From: Chloroflexota bacterium
GTDB lineage: Bacteria; Chloroflexota; Dehalococcoidia; Lucifugimonadales; UBA3495
Reading direction: 5' to 3'
Length of the DNA stretch: 64,000 nucleotides
Assembly (NCBI GenBank): GCA_028875055.1
Contig: JAPPGG010000031.1
Location: forward strand, 12,372-76,371
Made by a program: the position numbers and the translations under genes. Position 1 is the stretch's first letter. Every line of letters starts with the position of its first letter. This document shows, piece after piece, positions 8,957 through 17,112 of the stretch. The notes under the pieces were generated by a model, which did not search any database, had not been told where the DNA came from, and saw nothing but the letters and a program-made list of their open reading frames with translations.

Positions 8957-9148
8957 GGGCAAGCGCCTCATAGATTCGGGCTATGGGAGCACAAATTTGG
9001 TAGCCAAAGGTCATGTCGCCCTGAGCATGCCGAAGGGCCAAAAGTCCCTATCCTCGGCCCGGCTGCGGGTAGTGAAGGCGGTTGCAGGGCTAGATTCTAG
9101 ATGCTTCGGCTTCGCTCAGCATGACATTCAATTGAAGCGCAATCGCAC
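8957..9148 (-). repeat. MITE-like dispersed element, copy A (inverted orientation, more divergent)
   Basis: The reverse complement aligns by eye along its full length with 13732-13923 and 62033-62223. Shared core: aattgaatgtcatgctgagcgaagccgaagcatc ... ccttcggca.gctcagggcgacatgac. Confidence 0.8.
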
Positions 9149-9369
9149 TGCAAAGCCGACTACCGTTCAGAGCCAAGGAGTCGCGGCGGACTGGAAGGCG
9201 TTATTCCGGCGCTGGCCAGAGTCCAGTATGCCTGACGGCGCTTACAGGTCAAGCGTAGCAAGGAGTCCTGGATACAGGCTTTCACCGGTATGACGGGACT
9301 GTCGGGCGCGGAAGCGCCGCCAACCGCGAACTCTTACTGGGAAGGGGGGGTGGCGCCAGGGGTTAAATT

Positions 9370-9404
9370 AAGGACCCCCCTCCGGGCAGGAGAGAGGGTC
9401 CTTT
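9370..9404 (-). terminator. possible hairpin terminator downstream of rho
   Basis: aaggaccc ... gggtcctt: 8-bp outer stem, followed on the minus strand by an A/T-rich stretch (aatttaa). The T-run is weak. Confidence 0.35.
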
Positions 9405-9430
9405 GACTCAACCGGCGCAGGAACTGAGGA

Positions 9431-10729
9431 TCAGGTTTCCTTGTTCAGGTTGGCGAGGAATTCCTCGTTGTTGGGGTACTTGGACAGGCGCTCCAGAACC
9501 CGCTCGGTGGCGTTGGTGGAGCCGTCGTTGGAAATAAGGGAAATCATCCGGCGCAGCAGCCAGATCTGCTTCATGGTGTTGTCTGAGTAGAGCAACTCTT
9601 CCCGGCGGGTGCCGCTGCGGACAATGTCCACGGCGGGGAAGAAACGGCGGTCGGCCAGCTTGCGGTCCAGGTGCAGTTCCATGTTGCCGGTACCCTTGAA
9701 CTCTTCGTAGATGACCTCGTCCATCCGGCTGCCGGTGTCCACCAGGCAGGTACCGATGATGGTGAGGCTGCCACCCTCCTCGATGTTGCGGGCGGCGCCA
9801 AAGAATTTCTTGGGCGGATAGAGGGCCGCGGGGTCGATGCCGCCGGAGAGGGTGCGTCCGCTGGTGGGGACGGCCAGGTTGTAGGCGCGGGTAAGGCGGG
9901 TGACGCTGTCCAGCAGGATGATGACATCCTGGCCGTTTTCCACCAACCGCTTGGACCGCTCCAGGGCCAGTTCGGCCACGCGGCACTGCTCTTCCACCGA
10001 CTCGTCGAAGGTGGAGGCGAAAACGTCGCCGTGTACGGCCCGCCGCATGTCGGTGACCTCTTCAGGGCGTTCGCCGATGAGGACCACCATCAGAACCGCC
10101 TCGGGCATGTTCTCGGCGACGCTGTGGGCGATCTGCTTCAGGATGGTGGTCTTGCCAGCCTTGGGGGGCGAGACGATGAGGCCGCGCTGGCCCAGGCCGA
10201 TGGGCGCGAAGAGGTCCACCATGCGGGTGGACAGGTTGACGCTGTCGGTTTCCAGCACAACCTGCCGCTCCGGGAATATGGGGGTCAGGTATTCGAACTG
10301 GGCCCGGTAGCGGGAGTTGATCTGGTCCGTTTCCTGGCCGTTGACCCTTTCTACCCGGACCAGGCCAAAGTAGCGTTCACCCTCCTTGGGGGGGCGAACC
10401 TGGCCGGTAACGGTGTCGCCGGTCCGCAGGCCGAAGCGGCGAATCTGGGACTGGGAAATGTACACGTCGCCGGTGGCTGGCAGGTAGTTAATCTGGCGGA
10501 GAAAGCCGTAGCCCTCGTCCATGATTTCCAGGATGCCCGAGGATAACAGGGACTGCTGGGCGGAAACGGCGTGGAGCACGCGGTTGAGCAGGTCTTCCCG
10601 GCGCACGGAAGCCAGGGCGGCGCTATCTTCCAGGCCGAAGTCTTCGGCCATGTCCAGGAGCTGTTCCTTGGTCATAGCTCCCAGTTCAGCTACGTCCATC
10701 ATCCTCGGCTTGGTTGTTGTCGTCATCAT
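9431..10729 (-). CDS. rho: transcription termination factor Rho
   Basis: N-terminal Rho_N ([18 protein letters not shown]), an RNA-binding domain, Walker A PPKAGKTT, and C-terminal [14 protein letters not shown] place the start at ATGATG 10729, preceded by gaggt. The ORF-track start at 10906 adds about 59 non-homologous residues. Confidence 0.93.
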   Translation of the reverse strand: MMTTTTKPRMMDVAELGAMTKEQLLDMAEDFGLEDSAALASVRREDLLNRVLHAVSAQQSLLSSGILEIMDEGYGFLRQINYLPATGDVYISQSQIRRFGLRTGDTVTGQVRPPKEGERYFGLVRVERVNGQETDQINSRYRAQFEYLTPIFPERQVVLETDSVNLSTRMVDLFAPIGLGQRGLIVSPPKAGKTTILKQIAHSVAENMPEAVLMVVLIGERPEEVTDMRRAVHGDVFASTFDESVEEQCRVAELALERSKRLVENGQDVIILLDSVTRLTRAYNLAVPTSGRTLSGGIDPAALYPPKKFFGAARNIEEGGSLTIIGTCLVDTGSRMDEVIYEEFKGTGNMELHLDRKLADRRFFPAVDIVRSGTRREELLYSDNTMKQIWLLRRMISLISNDGSTNATERVLERLSKYPNNEEFLANLNKET

Positions 10730-11114
10730 TACCTCAATTTCTGTCCGGACCTGCGGCGGTGCGCTGTGGCCGGTGGGCCGCTGCCGGCCCAATATGGGAG
10801 TATGGGGAATTAACCCCGAATCGGGTAGCCATCCAACTGTTAACTGGTCTGATAGTCTGGGGTAGCGGCCAGAACGGTCTGCCCTGGCCGACGTGCCAAC
10901 TGTCATCCGGGCCGTATTTTGTGGTACTTACTGCAGAAGCCGGTCCTGCAGGGGAAGTGGCGGATGCCGGTCGAAAGGAGGACTGGTTGGATTTAAAGCA
11001 AGCAGCGCGTCTGTATCTATGTAGATGGGCCTCGAAACTCTAGAATTATTGTTCCCTGGATAATCATTTGGCCATTGTGCCATCCTTTATGTCAAGGTAA
11101 ATGGCCGCAATATT

Positions 11115-11774
11115 TCAGGCGTTGCCGGCTTTCTCCCAGTCCTGAAGGAACCGGGCCAGACCGGCGTCGGTCAGGGGGTGCTGCACCATCTGCTTGAGAA
11201 CGCCGTAGGGGACCGTGGAGATGTCGGCGCCAACCTTGGCGGCCTGGGTGCAGTGCAGGGTGTGGCGGATGCTGGCGGCCATTACCAGGGTGGGAAGCTG
11301 GTACCGCCGGTAGATGGCGACTATGTCTTCCACAAGGGTCATACCCTCCTGGCCGATGTCGTCCAGGCGGCCGATGAAGGGGCTGACCACGGTGGAGCCG
11401 GCCTGGGCCCCCAGGATGGCCTGGTTTACGGAAAAGCACAGGGTCTGATTAATCTTGATGCCGTCGCGGGACAGGACGGAAATGGCCTTGAGGCCCTCGG
11501 CGGTGCTGGGAATCTTGACCCAGGGGTTGGGAATCCACTCGGCGATGTCCCGGCCCTCATCAATCATGCCGGCGGCGTCGGTGCTGACCACCTCTACGGA
11601 GATGGGGCCGTCAATTAGGTCGGCGATTTCCTGCACTGCCGCGCGATAGCCGGCCTTGCCCCCAATTCCTTCCTTGGCGGCCAGGGAAGGGTTGGTGGTG
11701 ACGCCCGTCACGATGCCCAGCTCGGACCCTTCGCGGATTTCGTCTATGTTTGCGGTATCAAGAAAAATTTTCAC
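11115..11774 (-). CDS. tal: transaldolase / fructose-6-phosphate aldolase (short type 3B)
   Basis: 219 aa. MKIFLDTANIDEI, VTTNPSL, and the Schiff-base lysine context WVKIPST. Confidence 0.9.
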   Translation of the reverse strand: MKIFLDTANIDEIREGSELGIVTGVTTNPSLAAKEGIGGKAGYRAAVQEIADLIDGPISVEVVSTDAAGMIDEGRDIAEWIPNPWVKIPSTAEGLKAISVLSRDGIKINQTLCFSVNQAILGAQAGSTVVSPFIGRLDDIGQEGMTLVEDIVAIYRRYQLPTLVMAASIRHTLHCTQAAKVGADISTVPYGVLKQMVQHPLTDAGLARFLQDWEKAGNA

Positions 11775-11876
11775 GGCTGCACCGTACTCTTGCCAGTAGC
11801 TGTATCAAGAATTGCCAGGCGGGCTGGCGTTTGTTTCCCGAAGGGGACTGCCGTAAGGGCGTTACCCCCATCTTGA

Positions 11877-11898
11877 CCTTCCTCTCAACGGGGGAAGG
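11877..11898. repeat. CYTCC hairpin repeat
   Basis: ccttcctc-tcaac-gggggaagg followed by gattttt. Same family as 31309-31329. Confidence 0.55.
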
Positions 11899-11917
11899 GA
11901 TTTTTGATTGTCCCGGT

Positions 11918-13558
11918 TTACAGAGTTTCCAGGGGCAGGGGCTGCTGGTTGCCCTCGCGAATAACGTTCAATGAATGGGCGATGAACTGGCAGAACAACG
12001 GGTGGGGCCGGTTGGGCCGGGACTGGAACTCGGGGTGGAACTGCACACCCACCATGAATGGATGTTCTGCCACCTCGGCCGTTTCCACCAGTTTGCCGTC
12101 GGGAGAAAGGCCGCCCACGATCATGCCGGACTCCTCCAGGCATTCCCGGTACAGGTTGTTGACCTCGAACCGGTGGCGGTGGCGTTCTTCAATCTCCTGG
12201 TTGCCGTAGGTGGAGAAAGTAAGAGTGTTCTTCTGCGGCTGGCAGGGATAACCTCCCAGCCTCATGGTGCCGCCCAGGTCGGTTACGGCTTCCTGCTCGG
12301 GCATGATGTGGATAACCGGGTGGGGCGTTTCGGGGTCCAGTTCCGAGGAATTGGCTCCGGCCAGCCCAAGGATATGGCGCGCCCAGTCGATTACCATCAC
12401 CTGCAGGCCCAGGCACAAGCCCAGGTAGGGAATGCCGTTCTCCCGGGCGTACCGGACGGTGTCGATCATGCCCTCTACGCCCCTGGGACCGAAGCCGCCG
12501 GGGACGACAATGCCCATCACGTCGCCCAGGTAGGCATCGGGACCGTAACGTTCGATATCCTCCGAGTGGACCCACTTAATTTCCACGTCGTGGTCGTGGG
12601 CGGCGCCGGCGTGGCGGAGAGCCTCCCTGACCGAGAGGTAGGAGTCGGGGTACTCCACGTACTTGCCGACAATGGCGATGGGGAGCTTGCCCGAGGGACG
12701 CCGCATTCTTTCCACCATCTGGGTCCATTCCGACAGGTCCCGGGGCTGTCCCTGCAGGGACAGCAGGTTCACCAGGAAGTCGCCCAGGCCGGCCCGCTCC
12801 AGAATCAGGGGAACCTCGTAAACGTTGTCCACCGTTTCCAGCGGAATGACCGCCTCGCCGTCCACATCGCAGAAGAGGGACAGCTTGTCCCTGATGGAGT
12901 CGGATATGGGGTTATCGCTGCGGCAGATCAGCGCGTCGGGCTGTATGCCGATCCCCCTCAACTCCTTGACGCTGTGCTGGGTGGGTTTGGTCTTAAGTTC
13001 CTCGGCGCCGGATATGTAGGGCAGGAGGGTAAGGTGAACGTAGCAGACATTGTTGCGGCCTACATCCTTGCGCATCTGGCGGATGGCCTCGAGGAAGGGA
13101 AGTCCCTCGATATCGCCTACGGTGCCGCCTACTTCCACGACCAGGACATCCACCTGGGACTCGGAGGCCAGTTCGGTAAGCCTGGCCTTGATTTCGTTGG
13201 TAACGTGGGGCACCGTCTGAATGGTGCCTCCCAGGAAATCGCCGCGGCGCTCCCTGGCGATAAGGGTCATATAGACCTGGCCGGCGGTCAGGTTGGAGGA
13301 GCGGGTCAGTTCTACGTCGATGAACCGCTCGTAGTGGCCCAGGTCCAGGTCGGTTTCGCCGCCATCCCGGGTGACGAAAACCTCGCCGTGCTGATAGGGA
13401 GACATGGTGCCAGGGTCGACGTTAAGGTAGGGATCGAGCTTTGCTACCGAAACGGACAACCCCCTGCTTTTGAGGAGGCGGCCGATGGAGGCAACGCAGA
13501 TTCCCTTACCGATGGAACTGACTACTCCGCCGGTGACAAAAATATACTTGGTGGTCAT
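11918..13558 (-). CDS. pyrG: CTP synthase
   Basis: 546 aa. MTTKYIFVTGGVVSSIGKG, plus the glutaminase domain GLCLGLQ and HRHRFEVN. Confidence 0.97.
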   Translation of the reverse strand: MTTKYIFVTGGVVSSIGKGICVASIGRLLKSRGLSVSVAKLDPYLNVDPGTMSPYQHGEVFVTRDGGETDLDLGHYERFIDVELTRSSNLTAGQVYMTLIARERRGDFLGGTIQTVPHVTNEIKARLTELASESQVDVLVVEVGGTVGDIEGLPFLEAIRQMRKDVGRNNVCYVHLTLLPYISGAEELKTKPTQHSVKELRGIGIQPDALICRSDNPISDSIRDKLSLFCDVDGEAVIPLETVDNVYEVPLILERAGLGDFLVNLLSLQGQPRDLSEWTQMVERMRRPSGKLPIAIVGKYVEYPDSYLSVREALRHAGAAHDHDVEIKWVHSEDIERYGPDAYLGDVMGIVVPGGFGPRGVEGMIDTVRYARENGIPYLGLCLGLQVMVIDWARHILGLAGANSSELDPETPHPVIHIMPEQEAVTDLGGTMRLGGYPCQPQKNTLTFSTYGNQEIEERHRHRFEVNNLYRECLEESGMIVGGLSPDGKLVETAEVAEHPFMVGVQFHPEFQSRPNRPHPLFCQFIAHSLNVIREGNQQPLPLETL

Positions 13559-13731
13559 GCCTCAGCCATAAATAACAGTTGAGAGGCGAACAAACTTACG
13601 TCTGGAGAAAGTGCTGTCCGGGCTGGGTAAGAGAGACGGCCTGCGCCGAGGGGTCGTGATAGCGAGCCGTGGTACTTGCTGATTATATTCACGGGAATTT
13701 GGCTGTGTCAAGCAACCAGCTTTTGGGCCCA

Positions 13732-13923
13732 GGGCAATCGCGTTTTAATTGAATGTCATGCTGAGCGAAGCCGAAGCATCTAAGATCTATCCCTGGAACC
13801 ACCTTCACTACCCGCAGCCGGGCTGAGGATGAGGACTTCAGGCCCTTCGGCAAGCTCAGGGCGACATGACTTCTGCCCACCGAATTGTGCCCCCTGTAGC
13901 CTGATTCTATAGTGCAATTGCCC
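13732..13923 (+). repeat. MITE-like dispersed element, copy B
   Basis: 192 bp bounded by inverted ends gggcaatcg ... caattgccc. It has an internal inverted sub-repeat (gtcatgctgagc...gccgaag / cttcggc...gctcagggcgacatgac). The element is flanked on both sides by gcttttgggcc. Confidence 0.85.
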
Positions 13924-13967
13924 TGCTTTTGGGCCAGGTTCCATTTTAGATGGTATTGCACAGGGAG

Positions 13968-14036
13968 AACGGTCGAATAGCAGTCAGGGCGGGTTTCAAA
14001 CCCGCTCCTACCCCTATAGACCACCTCAATCGCAAC
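13968..14036 (+). repeat. second dispersed repeat family (gtcgaa..agtcagggc.gg.tt.a..cc...cccta....accacct.aatcgcaacgc)
   Basis: Aligns by eye with 27036-27105. Contains the palindrome gcgggtttcaaacccgc (13989-14005). Confidence 0.65.
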
Positions 14037-14183
14037 GCAACCCAGCCGTGGGGGCATGGCTGCCGGATTTCAGAAAAGGTCATGCGGAGCCCTTCGGCAA
14101 GCCCGGGATGACGGGACTTCTTGCTGCCGGTCCTGGCGCAATTTGAGCGGACCCTGAAGCCCGATTGCCCAGGGGAACGGGGT

Positions 14184-14987
14184 CTATTCCTGGCTTTCTT
14201 CCGGCCAGTCTTCGTCCGTGTCGGGCTCCCGCGCGGCGGTTGCTGCTTGCTCCATGGCTGCTGCTTCCGCCTGCTGCTGGCGGGCGATCCAGTTCTGGAT
14301 CCAGCGCCGGTACTCGTCCAGCGCTGGCGGGGCCACGTAAAACACCTCGATGTCGGGAGGGAACTGGACCTGGTGTCGCTCGTTGATCAGCAGTAACCCG
14401 GTCTCGTCGGGCTGGAGGGTCCGCTCAATCTGTTCGGCGATGTATTCGTAGCGGGCCCTGGTACTTTCGGTCAGCCAGTCCTGGATGCGGGCGGCCACCT
14501 GGTCGTTGGTAAAGGGAATCATCAGGCAGCGCTGGAGGTCCAGGGCTTCGGTAATCAGGTCAATGCTCTCGGTGGCCTCCAGGGTGGCCCCGGCGTGGAA
14601 CCGGACCTGGATGAAGGAGTGGGCGTGGCGGTAGGCCATCTGCAGGTAGTCCAAGCCCTCCTGGCCGCCATCCACCAGGCTTTCGTGATAAATGCGGTGC
14701 AGACCGCCCAGCCCGGAAGCCAGCGCGTCTATCTGCGTGCGGACCTGGTCCCAGTACCGGTCGTAAATGGCCTGGCCGTCGGAAGCGCCGGCTTCAGTCT
14801 CTGCGGGGGGAGCGAACATCAGTGGTACCAGCAGCAGCCTGCGCTTGCCCTGGAACTGTTCGGCCAGGGGGCGTTCCACCCGGCCCAGTTCCTGCGCTGC
14901 CGGCTGGGCTTCGTCCTGGGTTACCGTGTCTGCGCCGGATTCGGTGGGCTGCGGCTCGCTGGCCGGCGATTCCTGTTCCGGGTCCAT
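14184..14987 (-). CDS. hypothetical protein with acidic N- and C-termini, immediately downstream of rpsA
   Basis: 267 aa with good coding character. Its ATG lies 2 nt after the rpsA stop. No recognisable domain. Confidence 0.6.
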   Translation of the reverse strand: MDPEQESPASEPQPTESGADTVTQDEAQPAAQELGRVERPLAEQFQGKRRLLLVPLMFAPPAETEAGASDGQAIYDRYWDQVRTQIDALASGLGGLHRIYHESLVDGGQEGLDYLQMAYRHAHSFIQVRFHAGATLEATESIDLITEALDLQRCLMIPFTNDQVAARIQDWLTESTRARYEYIAEQIERTLQPDETGLLLINERHQVQFPPDIEVFYVAPPALDEYRRWIQNWIARQQQAEAAAMEQAATAAREPDTDEDWPEESQE

Positions 14988-14989
14988 GG

Positions 14990-16084
14990 TTACATCCCGA
15001 AGGCCTTCTTGTAGCTGAGGCTCATTCGGCGCTTTACCGGGTCAATATCCATAATCAGGACGCGGATCTGCTGGTTGACGTACACGCACTCGCTGGGGTT
15101 CTTGACCTGGCGGGGAGAAAGCTCGGAGATGTGAACCAGGCCCTCGACCCAGTCTTCCAGGCGGACGAAGGCCCCGAAATCGGCCAGCCGGGTTACCGTG
15201 CCTTCGACAATGTCGCCCACGTTGTAGCGCTCGGGGACGGATTCCCAGGGCTCGGGCTGGGTGCGCTTGAGGCTGAGGCTGATGCGCTTGGTTTCGGGGT
15301 CCACCTTGAGGATCTGGACCTCCAGTTCCTGGCCGACGCTGACCACCTCTTCCGGTCCCTTGATGCGGCTCCAGGCGAGTTCGGAGATATGGACGAGTCC
15401 TTCGGCCTTGCCCAGATTCACGAAGGCGCCAAAGCCTCGCAGGGAGGTTACCTTGCCAGTGACGCGAGCGCCCTCTTCCAGGGTGGCGAGGAACTGGTCC
15501 CGCTCCGCTTCCTGCTGTTTCTGCCAGATGGCGCGCTCGGACAGCACCAGCCGCTCCCGGGCCTGGTCAACTTCGAGAATCTGGAAAGGGTATTCCTGGC
15601 CCATGCGTTCGGCGATGGCCTGTTCCCGGGTATCGCTGGGCGTGGGCGCCAGCTGGGAGAAGGGCACGAACCCGCGGATGCCCAGGTAATTGACCACCAC
15701 GCCGCCCCGGTTCTGCTCCACAACGCGGGCGGTGATGGTGTCGCCATCCTTGGAGTGCTGGAGCAGTTCCAGCCAGCCCTGCTCTTCCTTGGCGGCATCC
15801 AGGGAAAGGAGGGCCATGTCGCCGGGGCCCCGGCCGCCCTTGACGGTGACCATAACGCTGTCCCCGGACTGCATGCCGTCCCGTTCTTCCTGGGATAGAG
15901 TCCTCATTTCATGGGGAGGGACAATCCCCTCGGTCTTGAGGCCGATACTGACGACGATGCCGTCGTCGTCCACCCGCACCACTTCACCCTCTACAATTTC
16001 GCCCCGCTGATAACGACGGGGTGACAAGTCCTGCTCGGACAGGTCTGCCATAGTTGAAACGTCTTCGTAATTGCTGCTTACCAT
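14990..16084 (-). CDS. rpsA: 30S ribosomal protein S1 (four S1 domains)
   Basis: 364 aa. Four repeated S1 OB-fold motifs of the G.V..V...G..V.L....G..H.SE type. Confidence 0.9.
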   Translation of the reverse strand: MVSSNYEDVSTMADLSEQDLSPRRYQRGEIVEGEVVRVDDDGIVVSIGLKTEGIVPPHEMRTLSQEERDGMQSGDSVMVTVKGGRGPGDMALLSLDAAKEEQGWLELLQHSKDGDTITARVVEQNRGGVVVNYLGIRGFVPFSQLAPTPSDTREQAIAERMGQEYPFQILEVDQARERLVLSERAIWQKQQEAERDQFLATLEEGARVTGKVTSLRGFGAFVNLGKAEGLVHISELAWSRIKGPEEVVSVGQELEVQILKVDPETKRISLSLKRTQPEPWESVPERYNVGDIVEGTVTRLADFGAFVRLEDWVEGLVHISELSPRQVKNPSECVYVNQQIRVLIMDIDPVKRRMSLSYKKAFGM

Positions 16085-16353
16085 AGGTGGGGTAATCTCC
16101 TGCCGCAGTTGAAAGGGGACGTGAGCGGTCGCCCTGAAATTAAATTTTTCCGACCTAACTTAAACTGGGCCGTGCAGATTTTAGACGGGAAGGGCTGGGT
16201 TTTCAATATGTTGGGGCGGCCAGAAAGAAATCTATCTCGGTGCAATAAGGAGAATTGCAGGTTTGCGCGTGCAGCAAGAGCGGAAGCTGTCCTTCAGCAG
16301 AAGGAAGTCGAACAGGTTGAGGAAAGGGATGGAGCCTGGTCGGGCCGGCGGTC

Positions 16354-17112
16354 CTAGCCCCCCGCTTCTTCGCCCACCAACGGCCCCGGAATCTGTTCCA
16401 GGCGGGCCAGGTAGCGGATGCCCTTGCGGGTGTCGCTGGCTACCCGGGCCGGGTCCCAGAGGTTGAAGCGGAGCTTGGACAGCCAGTAGGTGAATTCCTT
16501 GCAGTCGGCCAGGGAGAGGGGTGAGAACTCGGGAAGGCGGGCTTCCTTGCGGAACTCCTTGAGCAGGACGGAGCGGGTATTGCCGTAAAGGTGGGTAAAT
16601 GCCTCTTCCACCATGTCCTCGTTGTCGGGGTAGCAGCGGGCCTTTTCCCGTTTGCGGACATCGTCCTCCGCCGACTGCTGCAGGGCTTCCTCCACCACCA
16701 CGCCGTACCAGTAGTTCAGGTAGGCCCGGTGCTTGTTGCCGCCCATCCAGGTCTTGAACTCCTCGGGAGTGACGTCGTCGGGGAGGGCGCCTTCGAAGAG
16801 CAGCCTTTCCAGGTCGGCAGGGGGAATGAAGTCCTCGATTTCGGGGTAGAGTCGTTCCACCAGGGCAAGCCAGTCCAGGGCCTCGCCGGCGATGAGGTAA
16901 CGGTAGGCGCGGTCCTGCCAGGTTTCGTGGGGAACGGTCCAGAGGGAAACGGCTTCCAGCAGGGCGCGGGGCCAGGCCATACCCGACCGGGCAGCCGCCC
17001 GCAGGTGAATCACGGCGTCGGGGGCCGTGGCAGCCAGGACACCGACCGTTTCAACCACCGGGTCCACAGAATCGACGCCGACCTCACCGTTATGCCACGG
17101 CTGCTGGGTCAC
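16354..17112 (-). CDS. hypothetical protein, translationally coupled to polX
   Basis: A GTG at 17112 overlaps the polX TGA (GTGA). An alternative ATG lies at 16980 (MAWPRALLE). The ORF-track start at 17262 would overlap polX by about 150 nt. No recognisable domain. Confidence 0.6.
   Translation of the reverse strand: MTQQPWHNGEVGVDSVDPVVETVGVLAATAPDAVIHLRAAARSGMAWPRALLEAVSLWTVPHETWQDRAYRYLIAGEALDWLALVERLYPEIEDFIPPADLERLLFEGALPDDVTPEEFKTWMGGNKHRAYLNYWYGVVVEEALQQSAEDDVRKREKARCYPDNEDMVEEAFTHLYGNTRSVLLKEFRKEARLPEFSPLSLADCKEFTYWLSKLRFNLWDPARVASDTRKGIRYLARLEQIPGPLVGEEAGG

Noticed and set aside
7862-9100. 412-codon plus-strand ORF opposite dapA.
   Set aside because: It is antisense to a confidently identified gene. 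Its composition is dominated by G/A/V/H/R/D, typical of shadow ORFs in high-GC DNA, and it has no motifs.
10730-10906. N-terminal extension of Rho in the ORF track (59 aa). Likewise the 103-aa extension of the DEAD-box helicase (21618-21926).
   Set aside because: The extensions are low-complexity and lack homology-like character. Internal ATGs with Shine-Dalgarno sequences coincide with the start of the recognisable domains.
11975-13582. 535-codon ORF antisense to pyrG. The same pattern applies to 17316-18941 (polX), 27491-29254 (SBP), 29710-30987, 31545-32639, 32272-33324, 33360-34832, 38961-39938, 44660-45535, 48911-49762, 49937-50851, 52408-53397, 55180-56016, 58627-59505 and 60605-61831.
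   Set aside because: All overlap strongly supported genes on the opposite strand and translate to low-complexity G/A/R/P/H/V-rich sequence. These are high-GC shadow ORFs.
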